The notes beneath the pieces are model-generated. The model was not told the DNA's origin and made no database searches. It worked only from the letters and a program-made list of their open reading frames with translations. This document shows positions 38,287 through 49,532 of a DNA stretch of 64,000 nt, in pieces. The translations under genes were made by a program, and so were the position numbers. Numbering within the stretch: position 1 is the stretch's first letter; each line of letters begins with the position of its first letter. This DNA comes from Squalus acanthias. Taxonomy: Eukaryota. The stretch spans positions 8,806,001 to 8,870,000 of the forward strand of contig CM059433.1 in NCBI GenBank assembly GCA_030390025.1, written 5' to 3'.

Positions 38287-38473
38287 GGGGTAGATCTCGA
38301 CTCTGTGCGATAGTGATAAACGGGTGACAGCGAGTCAGCAGTCCGTTTTACATCTCTCCCCGTTTTTACTTCTGGCGGCTTCATTGGAAATAAAAATCGG
38401 GAGAGGTGTAAATCGGGCTGCCAACTCATTACCACCCTTTTCACACTACCGCACAAAAGTCATGATCTACCCC
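38287..38473. mobile_element. Short fold-back MITE
   Basis: ggggtagatc ... gatctacccc; related to 11159. Confidence 0.75.
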
Positions 38474-38653
38474 ATATCTTTTTCAACATTGTTAATGAGT
38501 TGACATCATTAATTTATTCATTAGTACAAAATAATTAGATTTTATCCTTCGTGTTTCAGCAATCAATATTCATGGAGCAACAGAACACTGACTGTCAGAG
38601 GCCCCAGTCTTCTTAGCAACTTAGTGACTGAACCAAACTAGCTATTGTCTAAA

Positions 38654-39177
38654 AACGATAGCAAAATACTGCGGATGCTGGAAAATTGAAACAACAACAG
38701 AAAACGCTGGAAAAACTCAGCAGGCCAGGCAACATCCGTGGAGAGAGAAACAGAGTTAACGTTTCAGGTCGAAACCCTTCGTCAGAACTGAGAAAAAAGC
38801 AGGAAATGAAACAGATAAAAAAGCAAGGGGGAGGCTGGGGTAGGAATAAAAGAACAAAAGGGGTGGTCTGTGATAAGTAGAGACATTAAGAGATGCTCAA
38901 GGCGAGACGAGATGGTAATGGGACAGGTTAAGAAACAAAAGGTGGCTCAGAAGTGTGAAGTGTGAAATGCTGGCAGAATGAACGACAGCTGCCGTGGGGG
39001 GAGAGAGAGAAAAAAAAGGGAAAAGGCACAAACCAAAAGGGTGGATAAAATGTATATATATATATGTGTATATATGTGGTGGGGGCCGAGGTTATGATCT
39101 GAAATTGTTGAACTCGATATTGAGTCCGGAAGGCTGTAAAGTGCCTAATCGGAAGATGAGGTGCTGTTCTAAAGGTG
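38654..39177 (-). mobile_element. Penelope-like family A 3' end
   Basis: Reverse complement of 5730-6240; 14-bp TSD agctattgtctaaa; hammerhead at about 38754-38789. Confidence 0.87.
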
Positions 39178-39952
39178 AGCTATTGTCTAAAGGTGGTATT
39201 ACATTGCCGACGTACTCCTGTTGTCGATAGCACTCTGTTGTATAGAGGACCTGGTCTCCTGAGACCGGTGGGTATTGGAGACCTTGTGAGGTATGTTTAA
39301 TTCTCCACTTTAAGCTAAAAGCACGTGGCCAGATTCTTTCCCTTTGAGCAAGGGCAACTGTGGATTCAAGCCTCCAGATTAGAAATAGCAGCGGGAGAAA
39401 ATGTAAATAGTGGAGAGCAGTGCACAGAGGTCCTGGGTTCTCTATTTGAGTGCCATGTCCGCAAGAGCCCTTGACAATGTAAAGGTGTTTTTAGATTCCA
39501 TTCGTTCAGCCGATGGACCAGTTCTGGTCTCTTACCCTTCAGCTGCACTCCATCGTGTAAGCAAGTCCAGCTCCCTTCTCTCAATGGGACAATGCGGGTC
39601 TTCAACTCTGCCGTCTACTTAAGGAAGGCAGTTTTAGCGAGGCAGACACAGAGAGCTGGTCATATGTGTGTGTTTTGCTATCTGTAGGACTTTGTGGAAA
39701 AAGCAGAGCTTGCTTAGCAAACCTATGGAGATCAGAAGGGAACCCCACTAAAAACGTAAAACCAGATCCAGTTCAAGCGTGAAGACAAAACTGCCTTAAA
39801 AATTATTCGGACATTGTTACTGATGCAAAATCCCTGGGTTTTCGAAGTTAGTGAATTTGATGTTTTAGAGAGTGGAATTTTCTTAGCACAAGTGAGTGCC
39901 TCTGAACTAATTAGAACCTAATTTGTAACTTATTCTGAGCTTATTTTCTAAA

Positions 39953-40399
39953 GTGTTGGCTGTGGCTCAGTTGGTAGCCACACTTGCCTTTGATGTCAGA
40001 AGGTTGTGGGTTCAAGTCCCACTCCAGGGACTTGAGCAGCTAAAGCTAGGCTGACACTCCAGTGCAGTGCTGAGGGAGTGCCGCACTGTCAGAGGTGCCG
40101 TCTTTCGGATGAGACGTTAAACCGAGGACCCGTCTGCTCTCTCAGGTGGATGTAAAAGATCCCATGGCCCTATTTTGAAGAAGTGCAGGGGGAGTTATCC
40201 GGCCCTTCAACCAACAGAACAAAAACAGTTTATCTGGTCATTATCACATTGCTGTTTGTGGGAGCTTGCTGTGTGCAAATTGGCTGCCGCGTTTCCCACA
40301 TTGCTACAGTGACTACACTTCAAAAGTATTTCATTGTAAAGCGCTTTGAGACGTCCGGTGGTCGTGAAAGGCGCTATAGAAATGCAAGTCTTTCTTTTT
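39953..40399 (+). mobile_element. SacSINE1-like Deu-SINE
   Basis: A box tggctcagttgg, B box ggttcaagtcc, Deu-domain. Confidence 0.87.
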
Positions 40400-40840
40400 A
40401 AGATTGATAGTCACTTCATATAGTTCCTCAGGAACTAAGTTTATGGGCCCAAGTTAAAAATACATTAAATATTGTGAAATTAGCTAAGTTTTAGTACAAT
40501 GGGCATTTTTTTTAAGTGGCCTTTCTTAATTTGTGATAATAACCAAAATGATTTTCAGGGATCCTCAAGAAAAAGGATGCGATTGTTGCAGAGAAATTGT
40601 CTACAATAATTGATAATTATATTTAAAGTTAAGGGTTCCATTTTATCAGTAATTTCAATTTTGAGAAAGAGAAATTCAATTTCGCAAGCAAAATAGCAAA
40701 CTGGGAATATTAAAGGTTCAGAGCAAGTCTATATCAAAATATAAACTATTTCATACAACTCACACTTCAAAACACTCCATAAACTGTTTGTTCCAAAGAT
40801 TATAGACGAACTAGCATTACTATTTTTTAGGCTGTAACCC

Positions 40841-40926
40841 ATTGCTACGGTAACAGTTCAGGCTGTTCTAAGATGTCACGAGAATAATGCCCCCTCCCCT
40901 TTGAAATGATGCGTGACCTTTGACCT
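40841..40926. promoter_or_regulatory. Candidate enhancer motifs: RFX X-box-like site and perfect nuclear-receptor DR1
   Basis: attgctacggtaac (40841-40854) and TGACCTtTGACCT (40914-40926) in repeat-free sequence. Confidence 0.35.
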
Positions 40927-41399
40927 ATCCTTGGAAAGATAGACACGCCTTCCGCCCACAACTGATTCTCTAAATAATGTACCCACATTCAAAACAATTT
41001 TGGCATTGATGTGAAAAAAATAGTAATAAAATTAAGAAAGGTCAACCCTCCCCATGTTGCCAGTTGTGTTTTTACAGATTGCAGTGTGGCATTATTGCTC
41101 AACATTCAAAATAACTAGCAATTATGTATAAACCCTGTTCAGTAAGACAAGTCTCCCTATTGTCTGCCTGTATAGGCTGTATTTACAATCTCAGTGAGAC
41201 TGCACTACATCCTTTGTTACTTATCTTAGCTTTTGCATGACGTTCAAGGTATTTTGCTTACATTTCAATGTGCAAAATTGGAAAAGGGCCTTAAAAAGTT
41301 ATGTTGTCGCATAAATTTCATTAAACTTTACACTCTCTTTTAATTTTTTTAAATGGTCTTCCATTTTCTTCCTTCAGAGTATCGCCCCTACAGCTTGCT

Positions 41400-42350
41400 C
41401 AACAGAAGCCTATTGGCTTGGATAGAGAATTGGTTAGGATGTAGGTGCGTAGGTATCATGGGTAGGTGCTCAAGTTGGCAGGATGTGACTAGTGGTGTGT
41501 CCCCAGGGACCTGTACTGGGGCCACAGCTTTTCTCTATATTTATAAATGACTTGGATGAAGGAATAGAGCGCCGTATATCTAAGTTTGCTGATGACACTA
41601 AGCTACCTGGCTCAGTAAATTGGGTAGGTGGGAGCAGAAAGTTGCAATGGGACATTGATAAATTAAGTGACTGGGCAAAACAGTGGCAGGTGGAGTTCAA
41701 CGTGGGAAAGTGCGAGCTCGCCCACTTTGGAGCTAAGAAAGAAAGATAGGTCCGAGTATTTTACTCAGGGTTAAAGAGTTAAATTATGAGGACAAGTCGC
41801 ACAAACTTGGCTTGTGCTGCCTTGAGTTCAGAAGGTTATAGGGTAATCTAATTGACATGTTTAAAATCATAAAGGGGATTCGATAGGGTAGATAAAGAGA
41901 AGTTATTTCCTCTGTTGGGGGAATCCAGAACAAGAGGGCATCAGCTTAAAATTAGAGGTCGTTCATTTAGAAGTGAAATCAGGAAGCACTTTTTCTTGTG
42001 AACGGTAGTTGAAATCCGGTACTTGTTCCCCAAAAGCCTGTGGATGCTGGGTAAATTGAAATTTATAAGACTGAGATCAATAGATTTTTGTTGGGTAACG
42101 ATAGCAAGGGATATGGAGCAAAGGCAGGTAAATGGAGTTGAGGTACAGATCAGCCATGATCTAACTGTATGGCCATGATGCGGAGATGCCGGTGTTGGAC
42201 TGGGGTGGACAAAAGTGAGAAGTCGCACAACACCAGGTTATAGTCTGCTTTCTTGCATCTCTGTAGATATAACCTGGTGTTGTGCGACTTCTAACTGTAT
42301 GGCGGAACAGGCTCGAGGGGCTGAATAGCCTACTCTCATTCCTATGTTCC
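41400..42350 (+). mobile_element. Degenerate CR1 with an inverted PLE family B mini-insertion (42174-42289)
   Basis: FADDTK; PLE TSD tctaactgtatggc. Confidence 0.85.
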
Positions 42351-42946
42351 TAGGCAATGACTGCTGCTGGAAATGGTAAACACATGGATATTGGGTGAGG
42401 ACAGGTTTGGGTTCAGTTTTCATGTCCTGTTACAGGCTCTGGTTTTTACTGAACCATTTCTTCTGCAATAGCTTCACAGCAGTTCCTGTAAGCAGATTCT
42501 TAACTCGTTCGAGAAGATAACTTTGGCTATTTACATTGGAGCACCCATTTGCAGTTTACATCAGCACCCTAATCTTAACATACATCTGGTTTTAAACCAT
42601 CAAACAGCCACATGCTAAACGACCTTTTGTTTTCAAAGGACACAAGCAAAATTACATATTTGCAACATGCCCCAATGGTCAAATAGCTCACTAACACCTA
42701 TTGTCTATGTTCACAGATGAAGAATGGCCATGTTGGTGAGATACCAGGTGGCTGGGAGCGCTCATGAAACCTTCACATCATAAGTCACTGTCTTCAGGAA
42801 ACGAGGGGTAGAGGGAGAATAATCAGAGCAAATGAATAATAAATGAAAAGATAAACATTGCCATTTACAAGCACATTATGGGTAAACTTTTGAAGATAAT
42901 GCTCCAAGTGATGAGGGCATGGGTCAAAGAATCACGCTCCCAATTC

Positions 42947-43420
42947 AGAAAGAAAGACTTGCATTTATATAGCGCCTTTCACAACCACCGGACGTCTCAA
43001 AGCGCCTTACAGCCAATGAAGTACTTTTTGGAGTGGAGTCACTGCTGTAATGTGGGAAACGTGACAGCCAATTTGCGCACAGCAAGCTCCCACAAACAGC
43101 AATGTGATAATGACCAGATAATCTGTTTTAGTGATGGTGATTGAGGGATAAATATTGGCCCCAGGACACCGGGGATAACTCCCCTGCTCTTCTTCGAAAT
43201 AGTGCCATGGGGATCTTTTACGTCCACCAGAGAGAGCAGACAGGGGCCTCGGTTTAACGTCTCATCCTAAAGACGGCACCTCTGACAGTGCAGCACTCCC
43301 TCAGCACTGTACTGGAGTGTCAGCCTGGCTTTATGAGCTCAAGTCCCTGGAGTGGGGACTGTGAACCCACAACCTTCTGGCTCAGAGGCGAGTGTGCTAC
43401 CCACTGAGCCACAGCCGACA
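42947..43420 (-). mobile_element. SacSINE1-like Deu-SINE
   Basis: Full-length copy. Confidence 0.87.
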
Positions 43421-43989
43421 CGGCATTCCTGATTTACAGTTGATTAATTTTAAGGATCAGAAAATCGGAAGCACTACGAATCAGACACACTGGGGGAAAA
43501 TTCAATTGGTTTGCGCCTCGTTAGCGCCTTAAGAGGGCGCTAATGGGGCGCAAAGCAACTAGCGCCCGGGCGCGGCGATATCTGCGCCTCTCACGAAATT
43601 GACCGGACATTTTGCGGCGGCGCTAAACAATACCGCCCCGATCTCCTGCGCCCGCAGATCTTGACGTCATTCGAGTGTGCAACGCCCTTGGGGCGCCCCG
43701 GAATGGAAATTGAGTGGCGCCCCCCTCCTTTCCGCCTGGCGCAACCAACGACAGGTAGACTGGAACGCTTCCCAGTTGCTGTGGGGCTGGGGGGGGGCGC
43801 TATTTAAAGGGGGCCTCTTCCTGGCTTTCTCTGTGGTAGACATTTTTGCACCACTCATTCTGAGAGAGAGAGAGAGATTTTGAGAGAGAGAAAGAGAGAC
43901 TTCTGCATTGAGTCAACGCTGTGTGAAGTAGTTTTGGATACTGAGCATAAATTTGCAGGCACTTTGGTTTTTGACCTTCATTACTTTGA

Positions 43990-44805
43990 TTGCCAAGAGA
44001 CTTGGGGGCTGCACTAATTGGGGGCATCGTCCTGCGCCAGCAGAATCGGAGGCCACAGAGACGCAGAGAGAGAGTGGCAATCATGGCCAGACGGAGGAGG
44101 GCCAACAGGCCTCTGTACAGGAGACCTTACCCTCCCAGGGTATATCGCCAACAATTCTCATACATTAATATGTCTGAGGAGCAGTGTTTGCGAAGGCTGC
44201 GCTTCAGCAAGGAGGTGGTCATTGAGCTCTGCCACCTGCTGCAGCCAGATCTGCAGCCTCAACTGAGGAGCAGGACATCTCTGTCGGTGGCAGTGAAGGT
44301 CACAGTGGCTCTCAACTTTTATGCCACCGGCTCATTTCAGTCAGCTACTGGGGACATCGCCAATAGCTCCCAGTTCGCGGTCCATTGCTGCATCCGTCAG
44401 GTCACAAATGCCCTCTATAAAAGGAGACGAGAGTGCATCTCTTTCCCCATGACCCCGGCCAAGCAGCATGAACGCACTATGGGCTTTGCGAGGATAGCGG
44501 GCTTATCCATGGTGCAGGGCGCCATTGACTGCACGCATGTGACTTTGCGTGCTCCGCATGAGAATGCCGAGGATTTCCGCAACCGAAAGGGGTTCCATTC
44601 CTTAAACGTGCAGTTGGTCTGTGACCACAGACAGCTGATACTCGCTGTCAATGCCCGCTATTCTGGCAGCAGCCACGATGCATACATCCTGCGCCAGACT
44701 ACTGTGGCAGAACTTTTCTAGGCACCGCATCACCCAGGTGGTTGGCTTCTCGGGGACAAGGGATATCCACTGTGCACCTGGCTGATGACACCGCTCATCA
44801 GACCC
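43990..44805 (+). pseudogene. Harbinger DDE transposase (premature stop at 44719, 3' end deleted)
   Basis: [39 protein letters not shown] continues in frame after the TAG. Confidence 0.9.
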
Positions 44806-45756
44806 TTCCCCCCTGCTCCCCTCCAGGGAAAGCGTGTTCCCAGTGTGGGCATGGGCTTCCTCGGGAGAGGGTGGCGCTGATGTTCCGGCTTCATCTTCCT
44901 CCTCGGCTGCAGCTTCACTCCCAGTGGCAGCTTCAGGGCCCATCTCCTCAGCTGGTGAATCACCATCTGAAAGCAGGGAGGTACAAGAGTGGCTTTAGCG
45001 TGAGGACAGGGTGGCAGTAAGGGAGGAATAAGTGCAGCGAGTTAGTAAGTTGGATTGAAAGTGTCAAAGGCTGGTGTTGTGAGGGACAAGTGGAAGGACA
45101 GAGGACAAAAAGGTGATGACCTTACCATTGCTGTCCAGAACGGGGCCGACCTCTCCAGGGGCGACGGGACCGATCACCCTGGCTTGCCACAATCCTCTGG
45201 ACGCGCGCCTCAAGATCGCTGAGGGGTTGCAGCTGAGGCCGCCCTCCACCCGTCCGTTGCTGCTGTCTCCTATTATGAGATAGCTTGGCCTGCAAGAAAA
45301 AGGACGGCGTCTGAGTAAATATACAGCCATGGTCTTGCCTGATGTGCCTCCCATAGGTGAATAGCCCTTACTGTATACAAAGTGTGGAATGTGCGTGTGT
45401 GCTTCATGAGAGGGCCATAGGTGTTGGATGAGTGTTGGGCATTGGGGTTTTAAGACCCTCTGGCCATAGAGTGAGGTTGAGATGGAGGGATGGAGAGGTA
45501 TTGAAAAAAAGCCACTCACCCTGACGACCCGAGTGAGGTCGTTGAACTTTTTTCAACATTGAGTATGGGTCCTGGGCACCATGCTTCTGGAGGAGACGCT
45601 CTGTGCCACCTCCCTCCACACTCTTCTGTAATCGCGCGGCAAAGGCCTCCTGCCACTCTCAGGGTAGAGTATAGATCTTCTGCGCTCCACCGCGCCAACC
45701 AGAGCCTCCAAGGCCCGCTCGCTGAAGCGCTGTGCTCGCTCCCTGGCGCTCTCCAT
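44805..45756 (-). pseudogene. Harbinger Myb/SANT-like partner gene with three exons (45756-45520, 45289-45126, 44966 to about 44805)
   Basis: MESARERAQRFSERALEALV...WREVA...RTHTQC*KKFNDL; exon 2 contains RTGGG; acidic exon 3; GT-AG splice sites. Confidence 0.8.
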
Positions 45757-47371
45757 AGTCCTTGGCTGCAAGATTTAGGCAAAGGTCTCTCCAGGCCGAG
45801 ATTCAAGGCTCCAATGAGCAGGGTGTGGCTGGAGAGCAAAATCGACCCTCCCCTTCAAGAACTGGCCGGCGGCACCAGTGTGTCTGTGTTCCATCGCTAA
45901 CTGACATCACCTGCGCTGCGCCCGCGCTCTGAGTTAGCGCCTCGCTCCTCGGCCTTTGCGCCTTAAGAGAGGTGTGTAGCGCCTGATTTAGCGCTCCAAT
46001 CAACTCCGGGGGCGATTAAAGCCAAGTTTGCAGTCGGAGGCGCTAATTAGCGCCAGGCGCTAAACTTTGCGCACGGCCGATAATCGCGCCCCAAACGGGG
46101 CGATACCTGAATTTTTCCCCCACTGACTTTTGCGCTTAATTCTCTGATCTGTGCGCCCTCAAGTGAGGCTCCACACTGAAATTTGTGCGCATTTGACGTC
46201 TGCATGGAGTAACGAGCAGAATCTGATATGAAGGGAGCACAAGCAGGGAATTCAGGTGGCAAGTGTGGAAATCGAAGGCCCTTCTTCCAGTCCGCTGCAG
46301 TCAGGGCCTTTCTTTTAGGACATAGAATTTCACCTTTGCAATATCGAGTGCCAGCGGAAACTAAGCCGGATTCATTAGCGAAGGTTAAGTGGCTCATTTC
46401 TTGTTGTTTAAAGGAGAAGGAAAGCCTTGGGGAGTAATTTCATTACAAATTAACTCGCATCGTGTGCACTGTTTATTCAAAGGAGAATGTTGTTGTATTT
46501 TTCCACAGACTGGAATATACTACCTTTAATCTATGACGATATGGATTAAAAGTTAATGTTCATCATGGCCACAGAACCATAACTTTGGTGAAGACAATTT
46601 GCGTCAGCTATTTTTTTCAGCTAGCGGAAAAATAAATTGAATCGTAACTCCCAATAAATCAATGGCTGTCCATTTAACTCTAAGAGCTCTGTCCTGACCG
46701 AAATAAACAGACGTCCAATATTAGTCCCTCTGCTTCCTGTCGCCAGCAGAAAGTCACCGGCAGCACCTTCATCTAATGGCTCTTAGGATAGAGGTCATTT
46801 TGACATCTCTTTGGAGAAATAAGCCATTTATCATCGTAATTTTACTGCACCGACACTTTTTTTTTTAACAGCGCAAAATTGCACAGGTCATACTTATTAG
46901 TGATTCAAAGCAGGTAACAATTCAAATGAGAAAATATCTAATCATCCCATGCTTTTGTTCACCCAAAGACCTTGATAATGAGACACAATTTATCACAAAA
47001 GTTCTCTTTGTTAATGTGACCTTTTTATCCGGTAATGTTAATCCCACTTGAAATTAGCTTTGCCGAATCTGGATTATCAAATTCCAACTATAACTAACTC
47101 TATTTCTAACAATTGACCGTTCCTGTTTGTTTCTGTTGCCTTTAGAGTGTTCGCAAAGTGAAAGGTTCAAGTGGCAAGCAACCAGATGCAAGACTGGTCC
47201 CAGAAGTGAGGGGAAAGAGTCAGAATCACTCACAAGTGTTGCAGATGAGAGTGAGTCGTGTAGGCTGTTCTCGTGTGAGAAATAAATTCCACGGGTAACA
47301 ACTTACCACCATCTATTCTATTTATACCACAAGTATGGGATACATATGACATTAAAGTCATAAAGGTTCTT

Positions 47372-47732
47372 AGGTGTACAAGATTATGACGGGTTTCGAT
47401 AGGCTAGACGGGGAAAGGCTGTTCCCACTAGTTGATGGTACAAGGACTAGGGGACACAGATTTAAGGTTCTGGGCAAGAGATACAGGGGGGATGTGAGGA
47501 AAAACTTTTTTACGCAGCAAGTGGTGAGGACCTGGAACTTGCTTCCGACGGAAGTGGTGGAAGCGGAGACATTCAATGTTTTCAAGGGGAGACTGGATAG
47601 GTACTTGAGGGAAATAAACTTGCAGAGCTATGGGGATAGAGCGGGGGAATGGGACTGACTGGATTGCTCCACAGAGAGCCGGCACGGACTCGATGGGCCG
47701 CATGGTCTCCTTCTGTGCCGTTATGACTCTAT
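47372..47732 (+). mobile_element. CR1 3' end
   Basis: YKIMTGFDRLD...FFTQQVV; (tatgactc) tail split by a Harbinger insertion. Confidence 0.9.
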
Positions 47733-48625
47733 GGGGGGAAAATTCAGTTGGTTTGCGCCTCCCGTTAGCGCCTTAAGAGGGCGCTAATGGGGCGCAAAGC
47801 AACTAGCACCCGTGCGCGGCGATGTTTGCGCCGCTCACGAAATTAACTAGACATTTTGCGGTGGCGCTAAACACTACCGCCACGATCTCCTGCGCCGGCA
47901 GAACGTGACGTCAGTCGAGTGCGCAACGCCCCAGTAGCGCCCCGGACCGGATATTGAGTGGCGCCCCCTGCCTTACTGCCTGCCGCTAGCAATGACAGGT
48001 TGAGGGGAGCGTTTTGCAGTCAGGAAGGGACTGGGGGAGCGCTATTTAAAGGTGACCACTTCCTGCCTTTTTTTGTTGGTGACATTTTTGCACCATGCAT
48101 TCTGAGAGAGAGAGAGAGAGACTTCTGGAGAGATTCAACACTGTGTGAAGGAGTTTTGGGTACTGAGCAGCACTTTGCAGGTTCATTTTGATTTCCCCTT
48201 CCTTGTATCGATTTAGAAGAGACTGTGGGGGCTGCACTCTGAGCTCTTTCCCTGGGCCTCTCCATTGTTCTTTCCAGCAGATTTGATGTACAGGTCTCTC
48301 CAGGCCGAGATTCAAGGCTGCAATGAGCAGGATGTGGATGGAGAGCAAGATCAACCCTCCCCTTTAAGAACTGGCTGCGCCATTGTGTCTGTGTTCCATT
48401 GCTGACTGACATCACATGAGCTTCGCCAGCGCTCTGAGGTAACTCCTCGCTCCTCGGCGTTAGCGCCTTAAGACAGTTGTGAAGCACCTGATTTAGCGCT
48501 CCAATCACCTCCAGGGGCGATAAAAGCCAAGTTTGCAGTCGGAGGCGATAATTAGCGCCAGGCGCTAAACTTTGCGCCCAGCCGATAATTGCGCCCCAAA
48601 TGGGGCGATACTGAATTTCTCCCCC
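47733..48625. mobile_element. Non-autonomous deletion derivative of the 43492 Harbinger family
   Basis: Both ends collinear with 43492-44015 and about 45730-46121; TSD tat. Confidence 0.9.
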
Positions 48626-49532
48626 TATGACTCTAAAGTCATTCTGATTTGAATTTGGTTTTGTGCCCAACTCTTGTAAGCATTTAATGCACCTCAGGAC
48701 ATAATGGACAGCGGTGTTCAATATCCCTCCTCATCTGCTTGATTGGCATCTTCAAAATTCTTTGAGCAGTGATTGAAGTAAAACATTAGAAGCAATTATG
48801 TACCACAAAAAATAGATGTAAATGTATTAATCACTGATTTCAATAGCACAGCACTATATATATATATGCAGCCTATTTGAGTAATATTCAGGGTGTGCCT
48901 GTACACCTAAATGCCAGTAACAAGGACGCAACCCCATTCAATAAGTCAAGAAAGTTCACCAAATGTGGAACTGAAGCGAGGGGCACGTCCCTCTTCTGAG
49001 AGCTGAGTTTTTAAGGCCAAATGTTAAAATCAAGATTTTTCTAATGTTTACAGTGAGTCACCCAACCAGAAGTTCGAACAAGTGATTAAAATGTTCCGTT
49101 TTCAGAACTATATTGAGCAGTTGCAGGGGGGAGAAACAGGAAAAGAAGCCTTCGTCCCTTCACCTGAATAAATTATGCAAATAAGAGCCTACTAAATAAC
49201 AAAACTGTATAACCATGGTGTCTGGCTCCATACAGCTGGGTAAAAAATAACAACTGCACCACAAGCAATTCAATGTGGCTATGTTGTTGGTCCTTATTTT
49301 CACTTATACACAAAGATCCAACCCCGTTACCATGCTGTTTGTTCCCATCAAGTGCTCATGATTTCGATGCCAAGACAGCTGATAGCATAACAAAGCAGAG
49401 GGCCATAGCAACCAGCACTGGGCTTGGAAGCCACATCACATGTCCCAGCGACTTTGTTTCTACAATTTGAAGTGCAACGCGCTTAAAAATATAGGCAAGA
49501 GTGACCAACGCTGGGTCCTCGATAAACATAAA

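Larger units (their letters stand above)
43492..46121. mobile_element. PIF/Harbinger transposon with two convergent genes and a central deletion
   Basis: TIRs gggggaaaattca / tgaatttttccccc; TSD act; transposase on +, Myb/SANT gene on -. Confidence 0.92.

Noticed and set aside
39953..40030. tRNA gene
   Set aside because: It is a SINE head that continues into a Deu-domain and has several copies in the window.
43990..44721. Host HARBI1 gene
   Set aside because: It lies within TIRs and a TSD, has a premature stop, and lacks the last catalytic residue.
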